Shown here piece after piece: positions 11,104 through 24,318 of a stretch of DNA of 64,000 bases (position 1 is the stretch's first letter; the number at the start of each line of letters is the position of its first letter). Source of the DNA: Neophaeotheca triangularis (lineage: Eukaryota); NCBI GenBank assembly GCA_054600435.1, contig BAAIJX010000024.1, positions 186,001 to 250,000 of the forward strand, given 5' to 3'. The translations under genes and the position numbers were made by a program. Under the pieces are notes generated by a model. The model did no database searches. It saw only the letters and a program-made list of their open reading frames with translations, and was not told the origin of the DNA.

Positions 11104-13772
11104 TCACACTATCTCCACGACCGATACTACTCCATCTTCAAGCTCGAGACCGCCACGAGGTCGATCGTATCGACCCGGCTCACCCGAGTTCGTTAGTTCC
11201 TCGAGATCCCAGGATATGAAGTTGTACATGCACCCCACTCTCCTGTATGTCATACCCTCTTGTCCTGATGCCCTGGTGTTTCTTCCAACTTCTTCCAATA
11301 CCAGCCAGAAGCTGTTGTATGCAAACTTCTGACACATCGGTTTAAATTGTGTAGGACGTGTATCATTCGTGGTAAAGAGACACAACAACGACAATGCATC
11401 GTGATTGTGTTGGCCACCTCTTGCAGGCCTTTTCCTTTCCACATCGAATTTCAGATTGCCATATATGTTTCGACGTTTTTTCTCTGGCTCAACAGATTGC
11501 AATTTTATGATGGGTCCTTTGAGAACGCAAAAGCCACCACACAAGGTGCCGAAATCATTCGCGTAAGGGTCCACTTTGGCCTCGATCAGTTCCGTGTGAA
11601 GCGACACAGTCTTGAGCTTTGCGTGATAATTGACAGGTGTATTCTGACAAGCCCATGACCAGGATGGTGCCAAGTACTCTCGGACCGGGTCTGTGGCGAT
11701 ATACCAATGGCACCAGCCTAAGTCGACGATGAAAGTATTCCGCCAGAGGCCGGCCAGATATTCATCCGAACTACGTCCGCGGTCGCGCCTTCTTTCATAA
11801 GTTCTAAAAGCGAGGCCAGATATTGCTGGAAGCCGATCCGTCGGTCTGGAAAGCTGCATCCTGCTGAAGAATTCTACCAAGGCGGCCCAAGAATCGTCCT
11901 GTGCCCACGCCACAAGATTCATCAGATCACGGGGCGAGGGCATGGCCTGACTTAGACTAGGTTCGATCTTTTGGCCGCACTGACACGTCGAGCCGCTGTT
12001 GCACTCAAAACCAAGCTCGCTGGAACCAAAATACAGCACTCTGGGGGAAAGAGCCAATTCTTGCAACACCCAGGCACGTTTTAAAAGGGGGGCGGAGCCA
12101 CCACTCCTGAAAGTGCCCAATTCAAGGCCATGTTTTGTCACAGTCACCGCAGCGCGTCTCGTGGCGCCATCTGGTCCGGTGTAGGCACAAAAGTCCTGAG
12201 GAAGCTTCACCCTACATCCTTCGTCATGATTGGAAGCTGCACTAGCCGCGAGGGTGAGATAGCAGCAGCCGTAGACAGCAGCCATCTTGACCGACTCTCT
12301 GTTCCAATCCTGAATGTCGTCCTGAACGATGCAGAGCGAGTCGATCCAGATGTATGGTATTTTAAGATCTCTGCACCACGAAATTGCATCCTTGTAGGTG
12401 AGTTGAAGTTCGTCCCAGGATATGTGCTTCAGGAAGGCCTGGCGATTGGACTTCAAAAGCTTGATAGAGGGGGTCTGACCCCAGCAGTGGCTAAGGCAGG
12501 CATATTTCCCCACCCGCCCATTGCTCTCGATGAGTCTAACCTCCGATTCTGAGGCCCCAACATGGATAACTCTGGTAGGCAAGATGCAGTCTTCATGGGT
12601 GCGGCACTTGGTGTGAATCTTGGTGCAATCCTGAAGCCAGGAGAGAGCCTGTTCCTTTGCAACAGTCCAGCTGGAAACGCGTTGCAAGGGAACGTCGCCG
12701 TGGATTTTCAAGCGTGTGAGGAGATCGTTCGCGTCGCTATGGTGGTGTGTGAGTCGGGGCCGAGAATCATCCTTGAGATGTCCGTGGGGGGCTCCAAAGT
12801 CTTTGATCATGTATTGGTGCCCATTGACAGTAAAGCTTATAGCTCCGGAGGCAATATCTCTCGTTGCGGATGGTTCGACGCGGTGCTCTTCATGAGGCGT
12901 TCTCGGAGGAGCGGAAGATATCGGGTTGGGGATTCCACTCAAGGGACTGGGTCGGTAATCTGGGTTCCTGGGTGCCATGTTGGTGATGTATCGATTATTG
13001 TATCGATTATTCGCTGGCCGAAGCACCAGCGATTGGCCCGTAAACAGTTCCCACAAGCTCGTCGCGCGAGCACTCGATTGTTTGTTGGATCGAGAGCTCG
13101 CAGGCTGACGTATTGGTAATCTGTTCCGGACTGGCTCCGACAAGTTAGGCCCGCGATTTTTTGACCCAGCATCGTTACCAGATTCAGACACTGGTAAGCC
13201 GTAGAGAGGCATGCCACTCTCCACTAGTGTACAGAAAGCGCATGACGGCGACCTGCGATCACTGAAAACCTCCGAGAGTGGAAAAGAATGGCCTGGGCGA
13301 AAATTGTGGCAGACTCTACATGTCTTCGCTCTATGAGAACTTCACAACAGTTAACAAGACGATTCGGCTGAGTTACTTTCGAAGGACGGTGATATACGCA
13401 CACCGTTAACTTTCCATCCTCATTGCTGAGGACGAGCCCGAGGTCAAGGTGCAGACTCAGGTCATAAACGTCAAAGAATGGGTGTTTGTGGTGTTTGTCA
13501 CGTGGGACACTGAATCTGAACACACTTCCTTCCAGTACGTGATGCCGGCCTTCGAAGGGATAACTATTCGGGATATCGTTAAGGCCGGCCGATCCGTCGA
13601 ACGTAATATATGACTGTGTCATTCGACCAACCGAAGTTGTGCGCCGAATGTCGAAGACATTGTCGAGATCAAGACGGTTCTCGACAAACTTCCCATTGAT
13701 CTTCTGGCAGTCGGCTACCAAGTATCTGTCAGAATCCAACCGGATATTCCTGGATGTCTTTGCGAAAGACAT
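11104..13772 (-). CDS. CVNH (cyanovirin-N homolog) domain fused to HET (heterokaryon incompatibility) domain; intron 13401-13340 (or to 13331)
   Basis: N-terminal MSFAKTSRNIRLD..YLVADC...NRLDLD...LDLGLVLSNEDGKL is CVNH-like. The GTGCGT donor, TTAAC branch and AAG/TAG acceptor join it in frame to CRVC..CAFC and then the HET motifs LPTRVI, YACLSHCWG, YIWIDSLCIVQDD..DW..ES..M..VY, RAWVLQE, DRLPAISG, YLAGLW, APSWSWA. Confidence 0.85.
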
Positions 13773-14843
13773 GTTGCTTCGTCAAGAAGTAATGGGAGGC
13801 TTGGAGCGGTCCGCGTAAAGAAAGATGACAAGCACGAGGCCGCTGGGATGAGTGTATGGGCTGACTCGATGGTTTGGAAGAACTTTAGAGCAAAGGAGGA
13901 GCAGGATGTCTGTAGATATTACTATCCCAAACGCCAGCGAACAAGCTTAAGCTGGCGTTGATAGGCTGCGCCAGTACCACCGGTGAGGCGAAGCGGCACG
14001 CTCCAATCCTTATTGCACACTGCATGATGCATCATGCATGCTCGTCTCGACCAATCGCCTACCTAGGTAGCTAGGCACAGTCGCGACTAAAGCAACCAGC
14101 GTTCGGGCCTCCAACGATCCCTGCCAACTCCTGCAGCTGTGGGTGCCAGAAGGGGTTTGGAGACCACATAGTGGCGATAGCCAGAGGATACTTCAAAGTC
14201 CCAGGAAAGTGGCAACCGGGGACTAGTTACGATCCTAAATCCGTAGAGCTGTGCCAGAGAGTCTTCGTCCAAGCAGGCGAAAGAGAGCAGGTGACTGCAT
14301 CGCATCCGTCCTCAACTTTACAAATTTTCCGAAAGGACAGGACTGGAGAAATTGTCGATGTTGGATTGTTGTCGTGTCGCACAAAAAAGATCATACCTCC
14401 GGGGAAAGTGCAGGCTTTGCCAAGCCTATCACGTGACGCTGGATGAACTTACTAAGATAACCGCTAAAAGCACGGCGGCTCCAAGGTCCAACACGAGGAG
14501 CAGATTCAAGGATGGCAGTGGCAGAATATCGATGGAACAGTGTAGTGCACCCGTTGGGAAGTACCATTTACTCCTTCTCGCGCATTAAAACACCTCTAGA
14601 CGGAGGTAGGAAAACGTTAACAGCGAATCAAATCCAGGGTTCATGCTCGCTCTTGTAAGTTGAGTATTATCTGTTCGTACAGTATCTATAGCACAGTGTA
14701 GCACGAGTGTTCCTCTTCTCTCACAAAAGAGACAAGTACAGCCATTTGCACGCCATGCTATGCAAAACACTACACCGCAACCACGCCAATCCCGCGCTAG
14801 ACAATCTACTTCTCCAACCACCTCGAATGAAACCTTCTGCCTC

Positions 14844-16484
14844 TTACCTCGCCCTGCCATCCCCATTCCCACTCCCCTCCCCACCTCTCCCAGGCATAAG
14901 CTGCGTAATCCTCTCAATAGCCTCTCTGCCCCTCCCACCAACCTCCGTCTCATCGAACCCCCTAACCCTCGGCGCCCTAGCCGCCCCAGCACCCTCCCCC
15001 CGATACTGATTCGCATTCCCCCTAGCCCTCTGGAATTCCAAGCGCCTGTGGTTCGGCAGTCCAGCGCCATAGTTCGCATTCCCAGCAGTGCCGGGAGGGG
15101 GTGGTGGCATCCTCACAGAAGCGCCACGCGCGCCGCCGAGACCCATGGAACTGCGTTCCTTTTGCTGATGAATCCATTCGACGTTGCCTTCTTTGACGGC
15201 GATGGCTTCTTTGTCGCCGCGGTCGAAGTTGAGGTGCACGCGACCTTGGTCGTCGACTTCGGCGTGGCGGGGGTGGACTTGGACGACGTTGCCGCCGACG
15301 CGGTCCGGGTCGAGTTGTTGGATTAACTGGTCGGCGTCGTTGGAACCGGGGGTTATGGCGCTCTTGGCCCAGGTTTGGGTTCGCTTGGGGTCGCGCGCGA
15401 CGAAGCCTGCGACGCCGAGTTTGGCTTCGTTGTCGGGGGCGCCGCGCATTTTAGCTGGACGGAGGACACGGGCGGGGACAGGAGTCGGGAAGGCTTGGGG
15501 GCCGTGGAGGGGGTGGTTGAAGATGTGAGAGGAGGTGCGGAGGTGGGAGAGACCGGCTGAGGGGTGGGTTGAAGGGGGGCCTTCGTTGGCGGTCATGGTA
15601 GTGAGGGCTTTTGCAAGGTCGGTGGTTTTGGCGTATGAGGAGGAGGGTTGGGAGTTTGTCAAGGCAGGTAGGTCGAGGAAGCGGGTGATGAGGCGGGTGA
15701 GCTCCGAGGCGAGGCCGTCGTGCATGTGGGAGTCGCGGAGTTCTTTCTCGTGGGTGGCCAGTTCGGCATCGGTGATGGATGGGAGGGGTTCAGAGGTGGC
15801 AACCTCATCGAAATTGCCTTCTTCGCGGCGCAGTCGGAGAACGTCTCGTTGCCGGTCTTCGGCCATGCTTGTACGGAGGAACTCTCTCCATTCGGCGCCT
15901 CGCTTGCCAACGCTCTTCTTAACCCAAATATCAAAATCACCTTTGAGCATTCCGGCCAGCCAGGGGCCTCGGTATTTCCATCTCGTCTTTTCGCCAGTGA
16001 TATCATCCGTCACAGCTGCATCTGTATTGTCGAAGTTGTCTTCAAACACGCTACCTTGCACCTCTCTCGGTTCACCATATGCGCCGCCCTCGTTGCTGAC
16101 CGTGTTGCGAGGCTTGCGCTGCAACATTGGTACGCCCAGCTCGTTCCATTTCGCAAGTGTTCGCTCGTGGTCGGCTGCAGATTCGAAAGAGGTGATGTGC
16201 TCGAAGTTGTCACCGGCTTTTATTCTGATGACGGGGGTGTTGGTGTTTTTCGTCGCTTTCGAAGGGAGGGCACGCTTGACACCCCAGTCGCCGCGATGGA
16301 GAGAACTGGCGGGGGTAATAATGGCCTGGTGAGTCGGGTAGAGGGTTGTAGCCGTGTCGGAGCCTCTGTACGCACCAGTCGCTGAGGCATTCGCGGGTGC
16401 ATTTTGTGGGAGCGGTCTGGGGAGGGAGAACAGGCGGGAAGACTGGAGGAGGCGGGCGGTCGGACTGTTGACACTCTTGGACAT
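14844..16484 (-). CDS. MRP51: Mitochondrial small-subunit ribosomal protein Mrp51 (bS1m)
   Basis: Motifs ARLLQSSRLFSLP, YPTHQAI.TP.SSLHRGDWGVKRALP, WKYRGPWLAGM and THPSAGLS typical of fungal Mrp51. Confidence 0.85.
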   Translation of the reverse strand: MSKSVNSPTARLLQSSRLFSLPRPLPQNAPANASATGAYRGSDTATTLYPTHQAIITPASSLHRGDWGVKRALPSKATKNTNTPVIRIKAGDNFEHITSFESAADHERTLAKWNELGVPMLQRKPRNTVSNEGGAYGEPREVQGSVFEDNFDNTDAAVTDDITGEKTRWKYRGPWLAGMLKGDFDIWVKKSVGKRGAEWREFLRTSMAEDRQRDVLRLRREEGNFDEVATSEPLPSITDAELATHEKELRDSHMHDGLASELTRLITRFLDLPALTNSQPSSSYAKTTDLAKALTTMTANEGPPSTHPSAGLSHLRTSSHIFNHPLHGPQAFPTPVPARVLRPAKMRGAPDNEAKLGVAGFVARDPKRTQTWAKSAITPGSNDADQLIQQLDPDRVGGNVVQVHPRHAEVDDQGRVHLNFDRGDKEAIAVKEGNVEWIHQQKERSSMGLGGARGASVRMPPPPPGTAGNANYGAGLPNHRRLEFQRARGNANQYRGEGAGAARAPRVRGFDETEVGGRGREAIERITQLMPGRGGEGSGNGDGRAR

Positions 16485-16974
16485 GGTAGTGTATTGTGAG
16501 GCGCACGGCGGCGCAGGTGATGGGTATCTCTATCGTAGCATCTGCTTGGGATGGTGCAGTAGTTTGATCGACTTGAGCTCGAGACGAACATCGACGTCGG
16601 TGGTCGGACTGCCGAAGCTTGGCATCTACTTCCGCAGGCATGTAGATAAGTCGGCTGAGTACTAAGATAACAATCCGTAGATCTCCATTGTCTTCGATTA
16701 AGCCTAATCAAGTCAAAAGCAACTCTTAAGGTAGATTGACTTGATCTTTTAATATTAAAGTGAGCCTTATACTTAAAAATCACGTCCTACTGTTATTTCA
16801 CTATAAAGGCTCTATCTTACGACTCCTACTAGTAGCACCTTAATAGACAGAAGATGGGCGGAGATCGCGTACGTAAACTACAGAACTGGTCTATCTACAA
16901 CTACATAAATGTACACTTCATACAACCTAAGGGTCGTAAGGTATAGCGGCTAGCCGCCTATGCCTCTTGGCCTT

Positions 16975-19900
16975 CTAGTTGGCTTTTCCTTTCCTCTGTC
17001 CGCTCCTAGGAGTACCCCACCAGACAAAAACATAGACTAGAAGGTAATTCGAAACAAGAAACCCTATGAAGATGGCAAAATCACGCCAGACGGTCGAGCT
17101 GGACAGCCCATAATTCCCTAGAAACTGCGATGAGAGTTCGAGATCAGCTTGGGGAACTTGTATTGAACCAAAACAGTGTGATTCTAGGTAGCGAAAATCT
17201 TACATCTTCGCCGGATGAGTACTGGCAATAGCCGCACAGCTGTCCGGCTCGACTTTCGCTTGGGTTGGAGATGTAGCCCGAGGCGCTTTGCAAGAAGGGC
17301 TCTGCGAAAGTGCCGCATGTGCTGGCTGTAGGTGGTAGCTCGAAGTAGACCAGCTCGTCGGGATTGCAAATCACGGGGCGCCCCGTCAGCACCATGGCCA
17401 TGGTCCCTCCTATCCAGTAGGTAAAGGGCGTGATGTAGTACATTGTGTATTGCCAGAATACGGGCATCTGATGCGGCGGCCGGAGGATCCCATTGAAGAG
17501 TTCGCAGACGATGATGAAGAAGGGCATGAGGTTTGCTGCTACCATGGCGTCGGGACTGTTGGATAATAGTCAGTTGAATGTTTGAGAATTTTCACAAGCT
17601 CGGATTGGCCCGGTCAATCTGTGCTAACGAGCGCGAAGGCGAAACTCACCTGAGAGCCGCAATCCATTGGCCCCAGGATACGGAGAAGAGATGGAAAAAC
17701 AGCGTCATTAGGAACGAATATCCAGCTTGAACGCCTAGGGGGAGTCCGACCATGAAGTAGAAGACGACGAAGAAGATGATGGCTCCGATGAAAGTGAAAG
17801 GCAGTTCCGCCAGGATCTGGGAGCTTGCAAAGGCAACATTGCCGTAGGTCCTGCTGGGGTATTCCTTCTCCAGCCAGATGTTCCGGTTGGCGATGAACCT
17901 CATTGAGATGCCGTTGATGAACTCGGGAACGAGCATGAGAATCAGGAACAGCGAGTATGCCATGGACTGCAGGTCGTGCTCGCTGTTGCCTAGTTGGAGG
18001 TAGGTGAGTCCGTTGAGCAAAGCGTGCACAAGGCAAGCATAGAGTCTCGCGTATTGGTATTCGGGAAGTCTCCAGAACTGCCTGAGGTTTCGTACTGTCA
18101 ATAGTTGCACCTGTTGAACAGTGGACGAGGAGTATTGCTGCACATCATTGTCGCTTGGGGAGGATGCTCCGGTGGATGTGGTGGCGACTCTTTCGATGAC
18201 TCGCAAAACATCTTGGGCTTCGGCAGAGTTTGCCCATTCCTTCGACCAGTCGACCTCGCGACCTTGCTGAGGTATGGTTGACCCAGTGCCGACCTCGATG
18301 ATGAAGTCTGCCATGTTGGTGCCGCGGTCTGCTCTGCAGCCACGTTCCTGGAAGTAGTCGAACACGGCGTCACCGGAGGTGCCCACGGGACCGTTATAAA
18401 AGACTTTACCTCCTCGTTGCAATGCTAAGATGCGATCAAACTGATAAGAATGTCAGTGTCTGGCCCTTGCGGATACCTGGTGTAAGCCGTCCTTACCAAT
18501 TCGATTTGCTGGTGAGAAGCCTGGTGAATCGTGCACAGTATCGCCTGGCCGCCGTCTGCCAATTTACGAAGTAGTCGGACGATGCTCAAAGCACCTTTGC
18601 TGTCCAGTCCCTGATAAGTGTCAGTCTAATGCAGGTTGGAATATTCCAGATTTGAGCTTACGCTAGTAGGCTCGTCCAAGAACATCAACAACGTCGGCTT
18701 CGCACAGAGCTCAACTCCGATGGAAGTCTTTCTCTTCATCTCTAAGCCGAGTGACCCTATGAGAGCCTCTGAGAATTCCCGAAGGCCTAAAAGTCCCAGG
18801 ACACTGTCGGCATACATCACCTTCTCAGAATCTGGGACGCTTTGATCCTGCCTCAGCCGCGCCGAGAACAGGAATGCCTCACGGATAGTGCTGCTATCAT
18901 CGTGTATGTCGGCTTGGCTGCAAAAGCCAATCTGCCTGCGGAAATCTAGACTGAGCTCCTGGCCGTCTGCTCTCAGCTCGCCATGGACAGATCCGGTCTT
19001 TTGGCGTTGAGAGAGCGCAGTCAAGACTGAGTAATTGTGAGCCGAGACCTAAATTTTTGGTAATGTTCAGTAGACTCACGAGTTGACTTTCCAGCGCCTG
19101 ACGCTCCAACCAATGCGGTCATCTCACGAGGTTTGCAATATCCCGACACTCCGTCGAGGAACCTTCGCTCTGTCCCAGCGACTGAAACATCATACGAAAT
19201 ATTATTCCAGGTGAAGACAGAGTTTGTCGCTTTGACTGTTGTCGCCTCAGCCTGTTGATGCTCAGTGTCATCGTATGGTTGAGAAGCAGCTGATACAGTG
19301 GTTGCTTCTTCATCAGTCTTGTTGGCGAGTGATTGCTGCTTTTTGCTGAATTGGATCCCCGATGCACCCGCAGAGTTCCATTCCGAGACTTCCAACAAGA
19401 ACAATGATAAAGCCACGTATGCCACTGTCATCGCGATAATGATGCCGACGTTCCTCCACAAATGGCTGCGGTCAAACGCGAAGTAAGAAGTATAATAGTC
19501 GTCGCCATCGATAAAAGTCTGACCGGGCTGCGCGCCCGCATAAGCACATGTTTGTAGCGAATCGTCCTGGTATTCAGGTCCGCGGGGTACGACCGCACTG
19601 TCGACGCAGTCGAAGACGAGTCCCTGGAACTCGGTTATTACGATCGCTTCGAAGCCGTAAATGACGGGAGTGAGATACTAGGATGTGGTCAGTCGTGAAT
19701 TGTAGCGCAAACTGGAAGACTATGAAAGCTTACCGCAAGCCAGGCAACCCATGGCACGTCCTCGAAAAGCCGTCCAAGCGGGTAAAGGTAGCCTCCGAAA
19801 AGAATGCAAGCAAGTAGCAATACACCACAGTAGCGTAAGGCGAGTTCGAAAGAAGGAGATGCAGCCGCGAACACACGATACAACTGCGTAAAGCATACAG

Positions 19901-21814
19901 TCTCTAGATAGAGAACCAAGACGAAGAAAAAAAAGGGACCCGCCTAAAAGGACGCTTTGTCAGTTCAACATAACTGGGAAGTTGAGGACGATCAACATAC
20001 CTCTCGCCTCATTCCGGCAAGAAAATAAACCACAACAGCGAAGATGACGACTCCAACCAGGACAATAGCAAGATCGAAAACGACCTTTGCTAGGCCCACA
20101 AGGCTTGGTCGTACCATCGCCTGTGTTTTGTGCCGGGCTACGATAAGGCGTCCTTCCATGGCTCCCTCGAGTTCGGCCAGCTGAATCCAGCCGGTCGTGA
20201 TCACGGAGTAGAAGACAAAGCCTCCTCTTGAGTACATGCCATCGGTATTACGAGGTTGATTGTAGAACATTGATCCAATCAAGAAGGCGTTGACAATGAT
20301 ACTCATCAATCGAACGTACAACGGCGACATGTGCTGGCGGAGCTGCCACCATTCCCGAAGTAAACAGATGCGGAGCTGATTGCCGATCGAGGTATTGTAT
20401 GATGAGCTGGTCGGTTCATAACGAGACTTTTTAACGGTCCGCGAGTCCTCGAACGGGCTGGTGGCGTTCTCTTCCGACTGGGTGTCTTCAGAGTCTTCAT
20501 CAGCGCGATACTTTTGAACATCTTGTAGGACTTGGGCGTAGAAGGTGCTGTCCTTGAAAGCTCTTTCCAGTTCGACAGCGCCCTTTGGGGCAGCCTTCTC
20601 GCAGCCTTCGCGAAAGCGACGCTGTGTGGGAGAGGTGATGCTCGTGAGGAAATCCGAAATTCTTTGACGACCATCACAAAGGTAGCCTAGACGCTCGAAG
20701 TAGGGCTTAGCTTCGTCTGCCGGTCCTTGGAAAAGTATTCTCCCCTCGTCGATAAGCATCACTTTGTCCATCAGCTCAAGGACTTCGTCCGACGCTTGGT
20801 AGATGGTAACTATGGTCGCCTTTGCTGTCACGTCCGTGAGTATTCTCAAACTTTGAGCGTATTTGACCGCAGATGCCGCGTCCAGGCCGCGGGTAGAGTT
20901 GTCCCAGGCAACAACTGCGGAATCGACTGCGAGCGATTCCATGATCGACAAACGCTTTTTTTCGCCGCCTGAAATGCCGCGAATCCACTCGTTGCCAACT
21001 ATGGTGTCCATCACATGGCTCATACCGAACGACTTGGCATAGACTTCCAGGAAACCCGGAATGTCTCCATGATGGCGTTTAGGCGTTTTGCTGCGCAACG
21101 CAAAGTCCAGTGTTTGCCTCACGGTCAAAGTAGGGAAATGCACATCGTCTTCGGGAACGTAAGAGACTTCTCCGCGGTGATTCCTCCTGATTTTATCTGC
21201 GGAGAGTCCTGAGAAGCTTAGAAAGCCTTGTATTGATTCAAAGGCCGAGTGATCGTTGCCGACAGTGCGCAAGAACGTTGAGCAGCCTGATCCCGGGTTT
21301 CCAAGAACACTATGGGTGTCAACGGCCCTTCTTCTACCCCGATCCATTACGATAAGACTTACAGCATCATCTCCCCGCTTCGAACAACGCCAGTGAAGTC
21401 GGATATGATTGCATTGGGCTGGGCCCCTCGCAACTTGAGAGAGGAGGGTAAGATTTGTTCCAAGATGTCTTGGAAAGTCAACGTCCTCCAAAGTGCGGTT
21501 CCGAGTGTCTTTGCCGAATAGCCTGGGTTGGAGGATGCAAGTACTGAGAGCGAATCGAAACAGACACCTCGGTGCTCTGGATACCATTTGCCACCGGGGT
21601 TGTTTTCTTTCAAGAAGTCGTGGAACTCGGCGTGCGTCTCATTCTTCTCCAGGAGACCAGAGTGGGACTTCTGAGTAGTCTGGCGATGTAGCTCACCTAG
21701 TCTGGCCAATTCTTCTGGCGAGACTTGGAGCACGGCGGGATCATCTTCGGATTGCGCTTCTGCAGCCTCGGCGTGGTCCTTTCGACGATGCGAAGGTGCG
21801 TAGTATGGCGGCAT
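16975..21814 (-). CDS. Full-size ABCG/PDR-type multidrug ABC transporter (multi-exon)
   Basis: NBD1 with [43 protein letters not shown]2 with [24 protein letters not shown]; two TMDs; C-terminal WRDFAIF. Multiple GT-AG introns, e.g. 21362-21310. Confidence 0.93.
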
Positions 21815-22312
21815 GTTGGCAAGTGCGCATCATCATCATAACAATCAAGTGGGTTTGGGGGAAGGGAGAGTCGACAGTATTTATTTTGTAGCGATGGGTG
21901 CAGAGATTGTGGGTTAAATAATACACTGAGGTACTTGGCCAGACACGAGATGTTCCCTTAGTTTAAGCTTTGATGGAATACATACCTAAGGTACCTAGGT
22001 AGGAGGTAGGTGGCTTAATGAATTGACGTTGAACATAGCTAGGTAGTAGGTAATGGATATTCAATAACTCTGTGGGTACTGCGCGCAATGTGCCCTCATT
22101 GGTCAGGACAGGCCTACCATTAACAATGATAAATCTCAGCGCGCAACCTGCTCCCATTGGTCGCCGCGACCCGCGCGTTGCGAGTCTTCACGACCGGCAT
22201 CGCTGTACACAGAAAGGAAGCCAAGGTACACCTGGGGCAGTAGTGACTTACACTGACTTGATTTGCTTAGCTACCATGTCCTTCTGCAATCATGTGTGTG
22301 TTGCGGGCCGAC

Positions 22313-24141
22313 ATGCCATCTCCTCCGGACTTCCCTCATCGACCTCACAGGAGGCTACTGAGGTCAAAGACTGGTTGCCTCACCTGCCGTAAGCGGAAGA
22401 AGAAATGCGATGAACAAACCCCCGTCTGCGGCGCTTGTCTAAGGAACAAGCTCATTTGCGACAAGGACATTACCTTCAAAGGCCGCTCTCCGAAGGCGGC
22501 AACTACATCTTTGGCGGGGAGCCATTACTCGACACCGTCGACATGCTCAGACCCAGCAGAAGACGTAGAATCGACCTCTCCCTTGAGGCCAAGCTCGCTA
22601 CGGAGATCAGCATTCAGAACGCTGGAGAAGGCAAGCACGGAAGAGCCTTCATTGCCCTGGCAGACAACGAATCTTGGTCCATGGCGAGATTTCACGTCTC
22701 CGTGCGAGTCTTCATATGCGTTCACCGATATCTTCCAGGGTGATACCCCACGGGTCGAAGAAGTCGTTGAATCGACCTCGAGCGCCGGTAATATCGACCA
22801 AACCTCCCCAGACTCATTCACTCCAGACCAGACACGTTCTATGCCGTCGCCAAGACAAGTTGTGCAAAACACGGTCGAATTGAATCTACGACCTATGACA
22901 CTTGGTACACCACTTATCGCTGCGGACGGAGCCATGGGTTCCGAACTGCTCAGTCACTACCTGGCCGAGACTTCGGTTGCCGTCAGCAATGGTGCAACAA
23001 AAGCCAACCCCTTCGTTGTACAACTCATCCCACTGGCATTCAAAGACCCTTTGTTGTTGCAGCTTCTCTTGGCTCAAGCTGCCGCACATCGCGCAGAGAC
23101 TGCGTGCTCTGGGCCTTCTGCTTTGGTGGAACAGTATGCCGACTCAGCTCGCACATACTATACCCGAGCGGTGCGGGCCTTCCGCGAGGCCTTAGGCACG
23201 TATATCTTGGGCAACAAGGAGCGGCTCACCATCCTAATCCTTGGCAGTCTTACTATGTGTGTGACGGAGGTGGGATTCCCCCACTTATACCATCCACTAT
23301 GTGCGCTGACTTTACCATACAGTTCGCCAGGGGAGATACGGCAGGAGCATCGTTTTCTCATTTGCAAGCCGCAAAATCATTACTCGTGGACTTGGTTTCC
23401 TCGACAAACTCTGTACCAAAGAGGCTCATGAGCTTCATTGTGGAATTCTACCTCTTCAATGCCACTCATAGCATGATCTCGATGGATGTCGCGGACCGGC
23501 CATACTTGGACCCACAACTACAGCAAGCGGGCCATGCCCTTGTCGCCGAGAACTACGTCGGACACATGTGTGGCTGTTGGCTGAGTCTGCACCTTCTAAT
23601 ACCCGAGATCGTCAACCTAAAGCACCAAATTGATCTCGAATCTGACGGATCCGGTCGGGTGTCCGCGGACTGCGCTACGTCCGTCGCCTCCTTACAACTC
23701 AAAATCTCCCAATATCAGCCCGCCGCACAAGTCGACGAGGAGGTTTTACTTTGCGGCAAAGTCTATCAACAAACCATGACACTTTATCTCCTAACAACCC
23801 TAAGCGTGCCCGGGCGGACTGCCGAAGGTGCACACCAAAGAGCAATCGACAACGCAATATCACAAGCTATCGAACACTTGCAAAGAATACCTCTAGCTGC
23901 ACGCAGCAGCACGATTCTCCTGTGGCCGTTGACGGTTCTTGGCTCTTGCGTTTCGGATGAAGGCAAGCGGAACTTCATTAGGGCACGGCTGGTAAGCATG
24001 TCAACTACCTTGGGTTTCGCCGCTATGCGTAATACCTTACACCTGTTAGAGCATATCTGGAAGGAAGCCCGCGTGGACATCGGACCATGGACGCTATGGC
24101 GAGTAATGCGTGAACGACAGATGTGGCTGTTGTTCGCTTAA
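22313..24141 (+). CDS. Zn(II)2Cys6 transcription factor with C-terminal fungal-specific TF domain (Fungal_trans_2-like); intron 23270-23322
   Basis: RSKTGCLTCRKRKKKCDEQTPVCGACLRNKLIC cluster; intron with GCTGAC branch joins the two track ORFs in frame; C-terminal LLWPLTVLGSC motif. Confidence 0.9.
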
Positions 24142-24318
24142 CGACTAGACCTTGTAGCACAAGGCACTTTGATATATCATCAGGATCACATAGTACCTAT
24201 GCATAGAGAGTACATGCCCGATCCCACGATACTACCATGGCGAGTGTCCCAGATCCAGCACCCGCCAACCTCTCCGCCCCCAATCTCCTAATAAGGCCAT
24301 TCCGCCCCCAGCCCCACA

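Noticed and set aside
14171..14588. Short ORFs between CVNH-HET and MRP51
   Set aside because: Non-ATG starts and no recognisable motif; possibly a relic but unsupported.
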